From Cyanophora paradoxa CCMP329 (taxonomy: Eukaryota > Plantae > Glaucophyta): a stretch of DNA of 64,000 bases. The notes under the pieces were generated by a model. The model saw nothing but the letters and a program-made list of their open reading frames with translations. It did not search any database and had not been told where the DNA came from. Made by a program: the position numbers and the translations under genes. The stretch is from positions 1 to 64,000 of the forward strand of contig QPMI01000063.1 in the NCBI GenBank assembly GCA_004431415.1, read 5' to 3'. Positions 22,301-35,500 of the stretch are shown here, piece after piece (position 1 is the stretch's first letter; every line of letters begins with the position of its first letter).

Positions 22301-25077
22301 CCGCCGCCCCACCTGCCCCACATAGGCTCAGGACGGTGGGGGAGGAGAGCAGAGCGGGGGTACGGCACCAGCAGGTCCCAGTCTTCCTTGGTGGCGGAGA
22401 CGAGGGGGAGGGGCGGGGGGCCGGCGGCGGGGGCGGGGGCGGCGGGGGCGGAGGCGGCGGCCTCGATCTCGCGCTCGATGGCGTCGACGAGGTCCTCGCC
22501 CGCCACCGAAGAGCCCGAGGAAGAGGCGGAGCCGGCGGCGGAGCCCTCCCCTCCTCCGAGCCCGACGAGGCCGCCGACTCCGCCGAGGAGAGCGCCCGCC
22601 CGGCCCCGCCCGGCCCGGCCCCCGCCCGCCCCGCGAGCCCCGCGGGCGTCCCGGGGGCGCCCCCGCTTCGCCTCCGCAGCATCCTCGCCGGCCTCTCCCG
22701 CGGCCGCGCCGCGCCGCCGCGGCCGGCGCCGCGGGCGCGGCTGCTGCGGGGCGGCCGCGGCCGCGGCCGCGGGCGGCCTTGGCCTCGGCCCGCTCCTCCT
22801 CCGCCTCGCGCGCGGCGAGCGTCGCCGTCAGCTCCGACTCCTCCGCACCCGCCGACGCCGCGGCCTCCTCCCCTTCCGACTGCTGCGCTGCCTCTGCAGC
22901 CTCGGCCGCCGCCGCTTTCGCCGCGGCAGCGGCGCCGCGGCCGCGGCCGCGGCCGCGGCCCGGCCGGCCCCGCGCCCCGAGAGCCCCGCCCGCGGGCCGC
23001 TGGAGCCGTCTTATTGCCCTCCGCATCGCTGCCGGACTCTGCTGCCGATGAGCCCAACCCTCCGCCCGCTCCGCCGCCTCCGCCGCTCCGCGGCCGGCGC
23101 CGCGCCCGCGGCCGCGCCGCGGCCCGGCCCGGCCCCGGCCCGGCCGCGCGCTTCGGCGTCGCCCTCCGCCGCCGGCTTGCGCCGCGCGGGCTCTTGGCCG
23201 GCCTGGCCGCCGCTGCCTCCTCGTCCGCGCCGCTCCGCTCCCCGTCCGACTCGCCCGTGTCGGCCGGCGGCCGTCGCGCCGGCGCCTTCGCCTCCCGTCG
23301 CGTGAGCGGCTCGGCCATCAGCTCGCGCTCCAGCTCCGATAGGCCCGCCGCCTCCGCTGCCGCCGCCGCCTGCTCCTCTCCCGACCCCGCGTTGCTTTCG
23401 GCCCTCGCCGCCGCCGCCGCTGCTGCTGCTGCCGCCGCCGCCGCCTCCTCCGCTGCCTCCGCTGCCTCCGCCGCCGCCTGCTTCTTCTTCTTCTTCGCTG
23501 ACTTGGGCGTCTCCTTTGCCGGCGCCGCCGCCTCCGCCTCGGCTTCCACCGCCGCCTCCGCCTCCGCCTCCGCTGCTTCCGCGGCCTTCTTCTTTCGCGC
23601 CTTCTTTGTTTTCGCTGGGGCCGGCGCTGCTTCCGCCTCCGCCTCAGCCTCCGCCTCCGCTGCCGCCGCCTCTGCTTCAGCCGCCGCCTCCGCCTCCTGC
23701 TTCTTCTTCCGCGCCTTTTTTGGCTTGGCGCTGGCCGGCGCCGCCTCAGCCTCCGCCTCAGCCTCCGCCTCCGCTGCTGCCGCTTCTGCCTCAGCCGCCT
23801 CTGCTTCCGCCGCCTCTGCTTCCGCCGCCGCCTCCGCTTCCGCCGCCGCCTCCTGCTTCTTCTTCCGCGTCTTCTTCGGCTTGGCGCTGGCCGGCACCGC
23901 CGCCGCTTCAGGCTCCGCGGCGGCCTCCGCCTCCGCTGCTGCCGCTTCTGCCTCAGCAGCCTCTGCTTCCGCCGCCTCTGCTTCCGCCGCCGCCTCCGCT
24001 TCCGCCGCCGCCTCCGCCGCCGCCTCCTGCTTCTTCTTCCGCGCCTTCTTCGGCTTGGGGCTGGCCGGCACCGCCGCCGCCTCAGCCTCCGCCTCCGCCT
24101 CCGCCTCCGCCTCCGCCTCCGCCTTCTTCTTGCGGGGAGTCTTGGCCTTCGCCGACTTGGGCGCGGCGAGCTCCGCGGCGGCCGCGCCCTCGCCGTCCGA
24201 CGCCGGCGGCGGCTGCGGCGGCCGCTGGGCCTTCTGCGGCCGCTGCTGCGCGAGCTGCACCGCCGCCGGCACCGTCCTCACGGGCTTGAAGGGCCGCGCC
24301 CCTTTCGGCCGCGCGGGAGCCTCCTCGGCCTCCGACCCCTCCGCCGCCGCCGGGGGCGGCGCCGCGCTCTCCGGCAGCAGGACGGACTCGCCGCCGCGCA
24401 TACGGCCCGAGGTCCGCGGCGGCGGCGCCGCGTGCCGCGCGCCGTGCCGCGCAGACGGCGGGAGGAGAGTGGACTGCACGGGAGCCGGGATGACGTGCGC
24501 TCTCGGGGCGCGCGGGAGCGCCGCCGCGGGGCCGGCCGCCGGCCGCCCCGGTCCCGAAGGTGTCTGCGAGCCGCGCGGGTCAGCGAGGCGAGCGCGTGGC
24601 GCGAACGCCACGCAGGAAGCACCGCATTGGACGAGGACGCGGCTGCGCTGCTTGCGCCGGCCTGCGGGGCGACCGCGGCGCGGGCTGCGGAATCGCGAAT
24701 GGCAAATGGGCTCAGCGAAGTGAGGTGGGACCCGAAGGTGGCGGCGGTCGCACCCCGCGCGAGCGCCTCCTGCAGGCGCCTAACGTCGGCGTCATCGTCA
24801 TCGCCCAGGTCGCTCCCGTCCGACGCGCCGCCGTCCTTCGCGCTCGCGGCGCTCGCGGGCGGCGCTGCCGTGCTGCTCTCCGCTTCGCGCGTTCCCTGCG
24901 ATGAGCGGCGTGCGCTAAGCCTCCAGCGCGACTAGAAAGCGGCCAGAGCGACGGGAGCGCTCTCTTCGCGCAACTCCCGGGGCGCGCCGCGCGGCGCACC
25001 TCAAACCGCTCCCGCACACGGGAGAGAGTCTTCGCGAGGAGGTCGTCGTCCCCGACGTCCTCCTCGCTGGACGACAT
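16375..25077 (-). CDS. SNAPC4: Multi-Myb-repeat protein, SNAPC4/SNAP190-like (multi-exon)
   Basis: Exons: EANQ|EYQAQLYAALKRVREAIAENQ, INWADIA, WDREED, RTAWQVLCRFQ...KGKWTDEE, GRSAYQCQLRWDKTLNP, KKGRWTREED, VPHRTDSQCRERFMNTLDP, GRTDNQ. Long low-complexity termini. Confidence 0.7.
23400..24140 (-). repeat. Coding minisatellite: ~6 units of KPKKARKKK + (AE)n/poly-Ala
   Basis: Visible in ORF 21600..24611 translation and in DNA. Confidence 0.85.
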
Positions 25078-25157
25078 TTTTTGTGAGGGTGTTGTAATGT
25101 ACCCGTCTTTCGCTGATCCCCCGGTCAGACTTCGTCGCTAGCTGCCGCAGGCCCGCG
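25078..25157. promoter_or_regulatory. Putative compact bidirectional promoter
   Basis: Only 80 bp separates the divergent predicted start codons of the SNAPC4-like and PSD genes. Confidence 0.45.
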
Positions 25158-27018
25158 ATGTTCCACCTCCGCGCCGCCGGCGCAGCGGCCCGTCGCGCCG
25201 CGGCGCGGGCCATGTCCTCGGCACCGCCGGGCGCCGAGGCCTCGACGTCGCAGCCCGCCGCAACGCCCAAGCCGCCCACAGCCAAGCGCGGTATCCTGCG
25301 GCGTCTGCTGCGCTCTGCCGCCGTGCTCGGCGTCGTCGCCGGCCTCGGTTCTGGTGCGTTTGGTTGCCGCGGCGCTTGGAGGACACGACGAGCGCTGATG
25401 CGGTCCTCAGGCGCCTACGTTATGTACAGGACACAGAAGGAGGCGGACGCGGCGCAGAGCGGGGTGCTCGCGACGCCGGAACCGTGGGAGGCGAGCTCGT
25501 GGCCGCCGCACCGAGTCACGCCGCCGCCCATTGGATCTCACGCGGCCGCGCGGGGCGCAGATTGAAGTGCTCTCGCAGCTCCCGACGCGGTTGCTCTCGC
25601 GGGCCTGGGGCAAGCTGGCCTCCGCCGAGCTGCCCGCCGAGCTCCGCGAGCCCGTCTACAAGGCCTACGCCTCCGCGTTCGGCGCCGACCTCTCCGAGAT
25701 CGACGTACCCCTCGAGTCCTTCCCGAGCCTCAACGACTTCTTCGCGCGGCCGCTCCGCGCCGGCGCCCGCCCCATCGCCGACGTGCTGATGGCGCGCCCT
25801 GCCCTCCTTGCCAGCTGCCAGCCTCTCAGGTACCCCCCTCGCAGGTCTCCCCCGTCGACGGCGTCGTGATGCACTTCGGCAAGGGTACCCCTGACGGAGA
25901 GGTGGGCGGCAGCCCCCTTTGCTTCCCCCCCTCCCGGCCGGCGTGACCGGGCCGGGCGCGCCCGCAGCTGGAGCAGATCAAGGGACTCCGGTACAGCCGC
26001 AAGGCCCTGCTGGGGGCCGGCCTGGAGGACTCGTTCCCTTCCTCGGCCCCGAGGGAGGCCCCGGCCCCGGCCCCGGCGCCGGCCGGACCGCCCGGCAGCG
26101 GGAGCTGGCTTGACGAGGCCCGCTCGCGACGCCCCCTCCTCGTCGGCAGGCGCGGCGCCGCCTCTACCCCCCCAGCCGCCCCCCCTCTCCCCTCCCCGGC
26201 ACCCGCCCCCGCCGGCGAGGGCCTCCCCTGGTGCGAAGATCCCCTCCCGTACCCCCCTTCCCACCAGCGAGCGGGGTACCTCAGGTACCACTGTACCCTG
26301 TACCTGGCGCCCGGGGATTACCACCGCGTGCACAGTCCGGCCGATTGGGTCATCCAGCGCGCCCGCTACTTTCCCGGTACCCCGCCGCCGCGTCCCTCGC
26401 CCCCGCACCCCCTGAGCTTTACCCCCAGGCTACCTCCTCCCCGTCCACCCCTTCTTCTCCAACTACGTACCCCACCTCTTTGCGGTGAGCGCGTACCCCC
26501 GAGCGTGCATGCGGGCGCACTCCCCCTGAGCGCCGCCTCAGATGAACGAGCGGATCGTTGCCGCCGGCCACTGGAAGCACGGGGGTATGGCGATCGCCGC
26601 CATCGGCTCCTACAACGTCGGCAGCATCCACGCCAAATTCGATCCGGTACCCCTCCCCGTCCCACGTCCCCCGCCCCGCCTCCCGCCTCCGAGCCACTTC
26701 TCAGTCCCTGCGGACGAACGTGCGGCCGTACCCGCCTCTGCCATCGTACCCCCCTCCGCGACTGGGGGGCCCCTTCTACGAGACGCTGTACCTCCCCCCG
26801 TCCATCCGGACCAAGCGGGGGGACGAGCTCCTCACGTTCCGCATGGGCTCCACCGTCGGTACCCCTCCTTTGTCCCCCCCCCCCTCCCCCCCGGCTGCTC
26901 TTCTTTCTCAAGCCGGTACCCCGCAGTGCTGGCGTTCCAGGCGCCGGCGGGCTTCCAGTTCGGGGTACGGGAGGGCCAGCGGGTGCGCGTCGGGCAGGCC
27001 CTCGGCGCCCTCGCGTAG
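25158..27018 (+). CDS. PSD1: Phosphatidylserine decarboxylase proenzyme, mitochondrial type (multi-exon)
   Basis: LPTRLLSRAWG, SLNDFFARPLRAGARPI, VSPVDG, EQIKG, YLAPGDYHRVHSP, NERIV, NVGSI, FRMGST autocleavage motif; Arg/Ala-rich targeting-like N-terminus. Confidence 0.92.
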
Positions 27019-27055
27019 GCCACGGCGCTCTCTTCCCCCCCATTTTTCCCCCCCG

Positions 27056-27086
<31 letters not shown>

Positions 27087-27321
27087 CCCGCCCGTGCCGC
27101 GCCCTCCCTGCTTCGTGAGCGACGCGATGCGAGTTCAGTCAGAGGCCGGCCATGCGTCGAAGGGGGCTGGGGTCCTTCCCTCTGTTTGAGCGGCGGCCCA
27201 CGGCTGGGGAATTTGAAGAGGACTGTACATGTGCTGGACGAACTAGGCGCGGCAGAGGAATGCAGATCTAGAGGACGAATAATACAGAGAATTTCGACAG
27301 CTAGCTGTAGCCTATATATAG

Positions 27322-29540
27322 CTAGTAGACGAACTGGACGCGGGCGGCGGGGAAGAGGTCGCGGAGGAAGCGGTGCCAGCCGTGCTCGCCCGCCGCGAGC
27401 GGCGCCGGCGGCGGGCAGGCGTCGGAGTCCGAGCCGTCCGGATCCCCGCTGCGCTCGTCCTCCATGCCCGCCTCGAGGGCGAGCCGCACCTCGAGCTCCC
27501 TTCCGAGGCGGCGAAGCGGGGCCAGCGCGCGGTACGCCTCCGGCTCGCCGGCGCCGACTCGCAGACGCAGGCGCCGCAGCTGGCCGCACGCCGCCAGCGC
27601 GAGCGCCTCCGCCTCCGAGAGGGGGCGGCCGCGGCTGCAGAGCACGGCAAAGGCCTCTCCGTCCATGTGGTCCACCTCGCCGCACGTCGAGATCAGCGTG
27701 AAGGAGGTGAGGACGCCGGCCGCCGCTGCGAGGGCGGCCGCCACTTCCGCGGGCCCCGCCTTGCCTGCGCGACAGGACCGATCGGGGGCAGAGACTGCGA
27801 GGTCCGGCGGCCCGCGGCCGCACGCACCGTGCCCGCACTCGACGGTGAGGTCGAGAGAGTGGAGGGAGGAGGAGGCCGCCAGCAGCGGGGAGAGGCAGTG
27901 CGCGACGGGCAGCTGCTGCTCGCTGAGGAAGCTGATGCGGCGCGAGAACTCGAGCTGGAGCTCCCGCAGCCGCGGCAGCGCCCCCAGCGCCGCGAAATCC
28001 TCCGCCTCGCACGCCGGGCCCCACTGCAGTGGCGGGATTCAGCCAGAAGCAGGCGCCGAGTGCTGAAAACTGCCCACCTTGACGCCTCCGAGGCTCTCGA
28101 GCGATGTCATGCGGGCCAGCGCGCGCAGGCCCGCGCCTGTGAAGACGCCGCCGTCGATCCTGCCCGGATCTTCACGCGAAATTCGCGATCGAGTCTCGGG
28201 CTTCGAACGGGGCACCGGAGGGCGCGGAGGGAGCGGCCGGCGGGCCCGTCGGCGAAGGCGGCGGCGACGGCGCTTGCGATGACCTCGCCGTACATGTTCT
28301 CGCGGTGGTCGACCTCAATGTAGACGGACGCCTGCATGCGGCACGCTTAAGCTGAGGGGGACAGGCGCGAAAGGCGAGCGCGGGATCCCGTAGGACCTCT
28401 TCGAGGTGCTCGAGGGTGGCGAGGTGCCGGCAGGCGTCGAGGCCGTTGCGCCGGTTGGCGAAGGCGTGGCCCTGCGTCGACAGGACGAGGCGGCGGAGCT
28501 GCGGGAGGGCCTTCACGATCGCCGCGGCGCCCGGCGGGCAGAGGAGGAAGTCGCCGGAGAGCTCGAGCGCGCGCAGCCCGGCGAGCGGCGCCAGCGCCCC
28601 CTCTAGCTTAAGCTCCAGCGGCGGCGCGCCGAGGCGGTAGAAGTCCTCGGGGTCGTAGAGGCCGAGGGGGGCCTCCCACGAGCGGCCGCTGGCGTTGCGC
28701 GTCGGGCGGCCGCTGCTGAGGAAGCGGAAGGACTCGAGCGAGTGCCACGTTTTCGCGCCCCGCGGCATGCAGCCGAGCCCCTCGAGCGCGGCCATGAAGA
28801 GCTCCTCCGGCGACCCGTTCTCTGCGGCCGCCTAATTATAAGCGATAGCCGCGCTTGCGCAATCGCTGAGCGCGCGCACCGGCTTCAGCTGCGATGATGG
28901 TCGCCTCGCGAAGACCGCTGGCGGCCTGAGAGCAGGCCTTGAGGAGGAGGGCGCAGGCGCGGTGGAGCTGCCGGCGCTCGCGCCTCGGCTTGTGGGGCAG
29001 CTTCTCTCCGAAGGGGTCGTCGTCCCCGTCCGAGATCTCCGTCGCCTCGACCTGCTCGAATTCGCTGCCGCTGCCGCTGCCGGCGCCGTCGTCCTGCAGC
29101 GCTAGCTGCCCATCGAGTTTTCGGCCCGCGGACGACACGACGAGCTTGATGGTGCACGACGCGCGCGGCTGCAGGCGGAGCTTCCATCGCTTGACGAGTC
29201 CCGCGACGCCCTTCACGTACGCCGCGCGCCGGGCCGTCACGGTGAGCGAGTCCCACGCCGTGCTCTCGAAGGTCGCGCGCAGCCGCCGAGACACGCCGCG
29301 CAGCGGCAGCGCGTCCTCCGCGCCGAGGAAGCCCATGCACGCCTGCTGCAGCTCCGCCGGGAGGCTCTCCAGCGCGCTGACGTCGACGTCGGTCGCGATC
29401 GCGCTCCCGCCTGCTTCTTCGGTCACATTTCGGACGTCGACGTCGGCATATGCATCGATTTCCGCGCCGGCGCCGCTCGCCTTCGAAGGCGCCGCGCCGC
29501 CCGCTGTCCGCGCTCGCTTCCGCGCGTGCCGGCGCCCCAT
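27322..29540 (-). CDS. F-box protein with leucine-rich repeat-like C-terminus
   Basis: LESLPAELQQACMGFLG...LRGVSRRLR F-box; LRALELS, LRRLVLS, LRRLRL LRR-like segments. Confidence 0.65.
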
Positions 29541-29803
29541 TGAGCGCCGGGTCGTATTCTGCCTGTGCACGGTCACTGAGCGCCGCGAAAAAAGCTTGAC
29601 GTGCGCGGACCGCGAAAACTCACGTACGTATAGCAGAGTATCTCTCCTCGATTTGCCGGGAGCTCTGACGTCTCCTCTCCTTCTCCCTCTCTACTCGAGC
29701 TCTCGGATCAGCTGCAGCTGCAGGAACTTCTGAAGTTCCTGCGGCTGGCCATGGCTGCCATGGCCATGGGTACAGGCCCAAACTAGGATTCCGCATCGGC
29801 GCA

Positions 29804-32100
29804 ATGGAGAGCGTTCCAAGGAGAGGATTCACGCCCGACATGCACGCGCACGTCGAATCGATACTGCTCCTCGCGCTTGCGGAGGCGGAGGCGGCCGACC
29901 CTGCGACGCTGGTGCGCTCGAATCGACGGTCGCGTCCTGGGTCGCCGGGGCGCGCGTACATGACTCACGGGCGTGTCTCCGTACCTTAGGTGGACGATAC
30001 GAAGGCGCGGCTGGCGCCGGAGGTCCTCGCGCGGGCGCTGCGGCGCTCCGAGACTAACATCCTCGAGTTCGCCACCTTCTGCGCGGACGGGCGGGTCCGC
30101 AAGCGCGAACGCGTCTTCTTCTTCGCATGAATGAAATGCAGCTGTGGGAAGCCTCGGACTTCTTCGAGCCTGTGTGGTACATGCGGCCGCACCTCGATGA
30201 CAGGACGCACGCCGCCTTCTGCCGCGATGTCAGAGCCCTCCACAACGCCGGCGCGCCCACCCACCCCCACTCCCGCGCCACTCGCGCTCGCGCGCCGACG
30301 TCAACGCGTACATGTACGCCGGCGCGTACCGGTCACGGCCGATTCGCGAGCGCGCAGGCGTGCTGGCTTCCCTCGCCGACGTCGTGCAGCGAGAGGACGT
30401 CGAGTCGGACGTGCGGTGCGCGGCGGCGGTGTCGCTCGCGCGGGTCGCCGCCTCGCGGGACCCGGACGTCCTTTCGGACGTCTTCGCTGGCTGCGCCCTC
30501 TTCCCCACGCTCCTCCGCCTCCTCGCCGCCTTCTCCGCGGACGACGAGTTAGCCGGCGCCGGCAGCGGCGCGGTGCGCATGCGGCGCAGCGCGCGTGCGC
30601 GGTCCCGCTGGGCAGGCACGCGCTCCTAAGACGGGCCCGGGCACTCCCGGCCGCAGCGTCGGGTCGTTGAGCTCATGGAAGCCGTCGTGGAGTACGGTGT
30701 CGACAAGCAGGCGCGCCGTCTCCCCGTTTCCTGCGCCGTCGACGCCGCGTGGCGGGCGGGCGCGTCACCGCGCCTCCGCAGGTCGAGCGGGCAACGGCAG
30801 AGGGCGAAGGAGGCCTGGTCCCCTTCAAGCTCGCCCTGAGCTCCCTGTGCTCCCGCCCCCCGTGCGCGCCTCCGACCCGCTTCCGTTTTTAAAAAAATTT
30901 CGTTCCTCCCTCGTCTACTCGCGCGGGGCGCCGGCTCACTCGCTGGCCCGGGGCCGCACGCTCAGGGTCGACATTTTCTATCCCGGCGGGAACCCTCCCC
31001 TCGAGCGCCGTGCGCCCCCTCCGCTCCCCCTCTTTGCCCCTCCCGTCCCCCCCACCCCCTCCAACCCCTCCCCCCCCCCCGTCCGCCCGCCCCCCTCCCC
31101 CCACTCTCTTTCTCTAACCTTCATTTTGCTTCAGAGCGGCTCGCGATGGCTCTGGGCAAGCTCGGGGAGCTCTTGCTCTACGGCGACGCCTGCCGCGTCT
31201 ACCGCGTGGGAGGTGCCCGCGCGCCCCGCCTCGCCGCCGCCGCCTCGCCCCCGCCCTCGCGATCGCGCCGAGCGGGCGCCTCAGAGGAGATGCCGAAGGA
31301 GGAGGGCCTGGCGAGGCAGGCGCGGGCGCTCGAGGCGGCCGGCGCCCTGGAGGCCATGGGCGGTGCGCGCGCGGATCCTCCCCTCCCGCCGCCCTCGCCG
31401 AATCGAGCTCAGAGGCTGTCGTGGAGCTGGCGAGGACGCTGCAGAACACCCCGGCCCGGGTGCGCGCGCGCGGTTTCTGAAGGCCGAAGCCGCCGAGCGC
31501 GAGCGCCCACCGATCTGGCGGGGGCAGGACGCGCGGTACCTCGCCCGGGCGGCGATCGACCTCCTCAAGACGCTGAAGGAGGCCGCCCTGCGCCTCGGGA
31601 CCGGGAGCCCCGCCGCCGTGCGTGCGCGCCGCCGCGCGCCGGCGCCGCTCCCGCTGTTCTATGATCAGCTCGAGCAACCGGCGGCGCCGGCAGGTGTGGC
31701 GGGCGTTGGACCAGTGCGGGGCGGCCCTGGCGGCCGTTGAGCGGCACGACGCCCTCGGGGTGCGCCATGCAGGCCCCCGGGCCCCTCCCTGCTCGAGGCC
31801 TCCGGCCTCCCCGCCCACCGCCCCTCTTTGCAGGTGCTCGCCCCCGGGCTGCGGAACTACCAGAGAACCTTCGCGGCCGCCGCGGCGCGGACGGGGCCCA
31901 GGCCCGGGAACCCCGCGGCCGGCGCCCCCCGCCCCGCGGCCGCCGCCGCGGCGGCAGAGCAGAGCGCCGGCGGCGCCGCGGCTGCGCCCCCACGCCCGGC
32001 GCCCTCCACGGCGGTTCCGGAGCGGCCGGCGGCGCCCCGGGGCGGCGGGGGCAGGTCGGGCGGCGGCTCGGGCCTCGTCCGCGGCTTCTTCAACAGGTAG
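29804..32100 (+). CDS. Hypothetical alpha-helical (ARM/HEAT-like) protein, multi-exon
   Basis: Chain of exons with protein-like translation (VRCAAAVSLARVA...LFPTLLRLL; YLARAAIDLLKTLKE) separated by ~50-70 bp introns. Confidence 0.5.
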
Positions 32101-32525
32101 GGGTCCGCATCCGGCTCGCAGGGTACAGGCGCCTGGTCCCTGCTGCAGCAGCGGGTGGCAGGGTGCACAGGTGTCGGTGCGAGGCGCCAGCGCTGTTGCC
32201 GTCTACGTATATATACGTATCCCCCCCGCGCTCCCTGTTTCTCTCCATCCCTCCGGATCTGCTGCTTTAGTAATTTGTTCTGGAAAGTCTTGTTTCGTTC
32301 GAATTTTTACACACTTGACAACAGCACCCCGCTTCGCGCCTACTGGATACTGGGATGTTGCTGCTATCATCGATCAAACCTATCAAACAGCACCCGCGCT
32401 CCTTCCTCCCGGCCGCGGATCCCCGGACCCATCCCATCTGAGCTTAATTTAAACTCTATAATATGCACTTTACAATTTACACGTGCAATTCGCAATTGTC
32501 GGGCGCGGGCGCGCCGCGGCGGCGG

Positions 32526-35500
32526 CTAGTCGAACTGGGCGGGGTCGAAGTTGGCCATGTTTGCGGCCTCGCTCCACGCGGCGAAGAGCGCCCCGTCGAC
32601 CCGCGTCGCGAGGCGGTTGCTGCCGGCCAGCGCGTGGTTCTCGCCCCCGATCCCCGCCCCGCACTCCGGGCACCGCCCCCGCTGCATCGCGCCCCCGCAC
32701 TGCCCGCGCGAGACCGCCCGTCAGACCGCGACCGAGCTCAGAGATTTGGAGGAGGGCGAGGCAGGCAGCTGCAGACCTCGCCGATGGCGTACGGGTGGCC
32801 GTTGGGGCACTCGAACCTGCGAATGCGCGCCGGCGGCTCGGAAGTGCGAGAAGAGGTCGAGGGGGCGCGGCGCGACTCAGAAGTACCAGTGCCCCTGGGA
32901 GAGGCCGACGGCGCGGACGACGGCGGCGAGCTCGGCCGGAGTCGGCGCCTCCCGCACCACCGCGTTCCGCTCCCGCAGCAGCCCCGAGACCTGCGCGAGG
33001 GCGCCGCAGCGGAGTGAGATTTCTCGAAGCTTCCCGGTGCGGTGGAGCGATAAGAAAGAGGAGGAGGAAGGAACGACGGGAACCTGAGTGCCACGGTTCG
33101 AATTCTCTTCAGCTTTCTTATAAAGCTTCGAATTCTACATCTTGATCTCGAACTTAAAGGGTCCCTAGCAAGGACAGAAAGCTGATGGGAAGCTGAGATA
33201 CGTGAGGTTTCCTTGAAGCTTCGAATTCTATATCTTGAGCTTAAAAGGGTCCGTAGCAGGACGGCGCTTCCTTAGAGCTTCGAATATCTTGTACCTCGGC
33301 GCGGATGTGGAGGAGCTCGGCCTCGGCGACCTCGGCGCGCGCGAAGAGGCCCCGCGCCAGCTCCCGCGCCCGCCGCACCAGCGCAGCACGCCGCCCCTCC
33401 GCCTTCGCGGCCATATGCATGCGGGAGCGGGCGTGAGGCCAGGCCGGGGCGGAGTTTAATGTACCGCGATTAAACAAGGCAGGGTTGTTATGAAAGCTAT
33501 AAAAGTCTAGTTATAAAAGGAGACGCACGCGAAGGCGCTCGGCCTCGGGGGCCGACGGGGGCACGGCGAGGGCGACGCCGGCGTCGCCGGCCCGCAGCAG
33601 CTGCGCCAGCGGGCCCAGCAGCGCGATCTGCCGACGCCTCCCATCAGGGGGGAAGCTTTTTAGCTTTCATTCAATTTTATGTGCTTTGCTTGAAGATCAG
33701 TCATTGAATTTATGCTCTAGATATTAGATCGATTTATGCTCTTTCGCGCTTCGAGGCTTCGAGCGTCGCAGCTCGATGCAAACATGAGCTCGAAATTATC
33801 TTAGCTTTAAGCTTCGGACTCGCGCGCCTGGTTCTCGGCGGTGCAGACGACGTCGCGGTCGGGCGGCTGCGCGAGGCGGGCGCGCAGGCGCTGCAGCCCC
33901 TCCGCCACCTCCCGCGGCAGCCCGCCAGCCCCGGCCCCGGGGCGCCCCTCCCGCCCCTCGAACTCGTCCAGCCGCCCCCGCAGGACTGTCACTCTGCGAG
34001 AAGGAATGAGCCGACCGCGATCGATACTGCGATCAGATCGCAGTCGGCTAGCGAGAGCTCGGGCAGACTGCGATCGATATATTCTAAAGTCGAGGGCTGG
34101 GCGGGGCGGGGCGGGGCGGGGCGGGGCGCGCTTCTCGACGAGCTCCCTCTGGAGGGCGGCGACGCGGGCCTTGACCTCCTCCACCTTCCCCAGCGCCCGC
34201 TTCACCGACGCCCCGTACCTGCCCGGCCGAGCAGCTCAGGGAGAGCGGAGGGGGAGGGAGGGCGGGGGAGTGCGGGGCACCGGAGGGGCCGGCGGAGTGG
34301 GGTCTTGCAGCGGGGGCAGTCCTTGAGGCCGATATCGATGGCGCCCCCGGGCAGCGGCTCGTCCATCCACCTGCGCGAGTGCGCGCCCGCTCAGCGAAAA
34401 CTAAAGCTTAAGGATGGAGAGAGGAAGTTCGAGTCTCACTTGTCCATCGCGCGGCCCTCGATGCAGTGCCCGCAGTCCTCCAGCAGCACGAACCTTCGCC
34501 GAAATAGATCGCGAGAGACGGAATTATAGTTAGTTTCAAAGAGAAGGCGGCTGGCGGGGGCGGGCTGCGGCGGCGGACCGGGCGGCGGGGTCGTCTTCGT
34601 CGCCGAAGAGGAGCTCGAAGGCGGGGTGGCCGGGGGCGCAGGCGCGGCACAGCGGCGGGCACGCCTCCCCGCAGTAGCCCAGGCACCCGTGCCCGCACGC
34701 CAGCCGCGCCCCGCACGGCGCGTCGCAGCGCCGCCGGTCGCAGGGCTCAGAGCAGAGGCGCGTGCAGCGCTGGTGGGGGCAGCGCCAGGGGCAGGGCTCC
34801 CTGCAGGGCACGCACGCCTGCCCGCAGCGCCTCCCGCACGCCGAGTGCACGCAGCGATTCTGCTCGCCCCGAGCCTCGGCGCTCAGCTTCGCGAAAATCG
34901 AACGGGCGCCGCCGGAGGAGGCCTAGGGCACCTGGCAGGGGTGCGAGCAGGGGGGGCAGCTCCTCGAGCACTTGTCCCTGCACTGCACGAGGGCGTCGGC
35001 TCCGCCGGAGAGTACAGGAAGCGAGGCTAAGGGCCCGGCCCAAGGCGCGGCGCGCACGGAGTGGCCGCAGACGAGGGTGCGGCCGCAGGGCGAGGCGCAG
35101 CCGACGTGGAGGCGGCCCCGCTGGCAGGCCCCGCAGCTCCCGGGGCACGCGTGCCCGCACTCCAGCGCCGCCCCGCACGGCGCGGCGCAGAGCTCGTCCT
35201 CGGCGGGGCGCCAGCAGGGCACCCGCTTCTCGTGCCCGCACGGCAGCCGCTTCATCACCTGCCGGAAAGGGCGGAATCAAACTCTAGATCTGCAAGAAGA
35301 ATCGTATGCGCGTGTAAATAGTTCTTGCAGGTTTCGCGATCGGCGCACCAGAACCTCGCACTGCTCGACGCAGGCCTGCCCGCAGCGGCGGGAGCAGGGG
35401 TGGAGCCTACATGGGGCGCGCCGCGGGCACGGCGCCGAGCACGTTGCCACCTCCGGCGGCGTCGAGCACGGCAGCTGCGGACCGCTCAGGATCAGGATCG

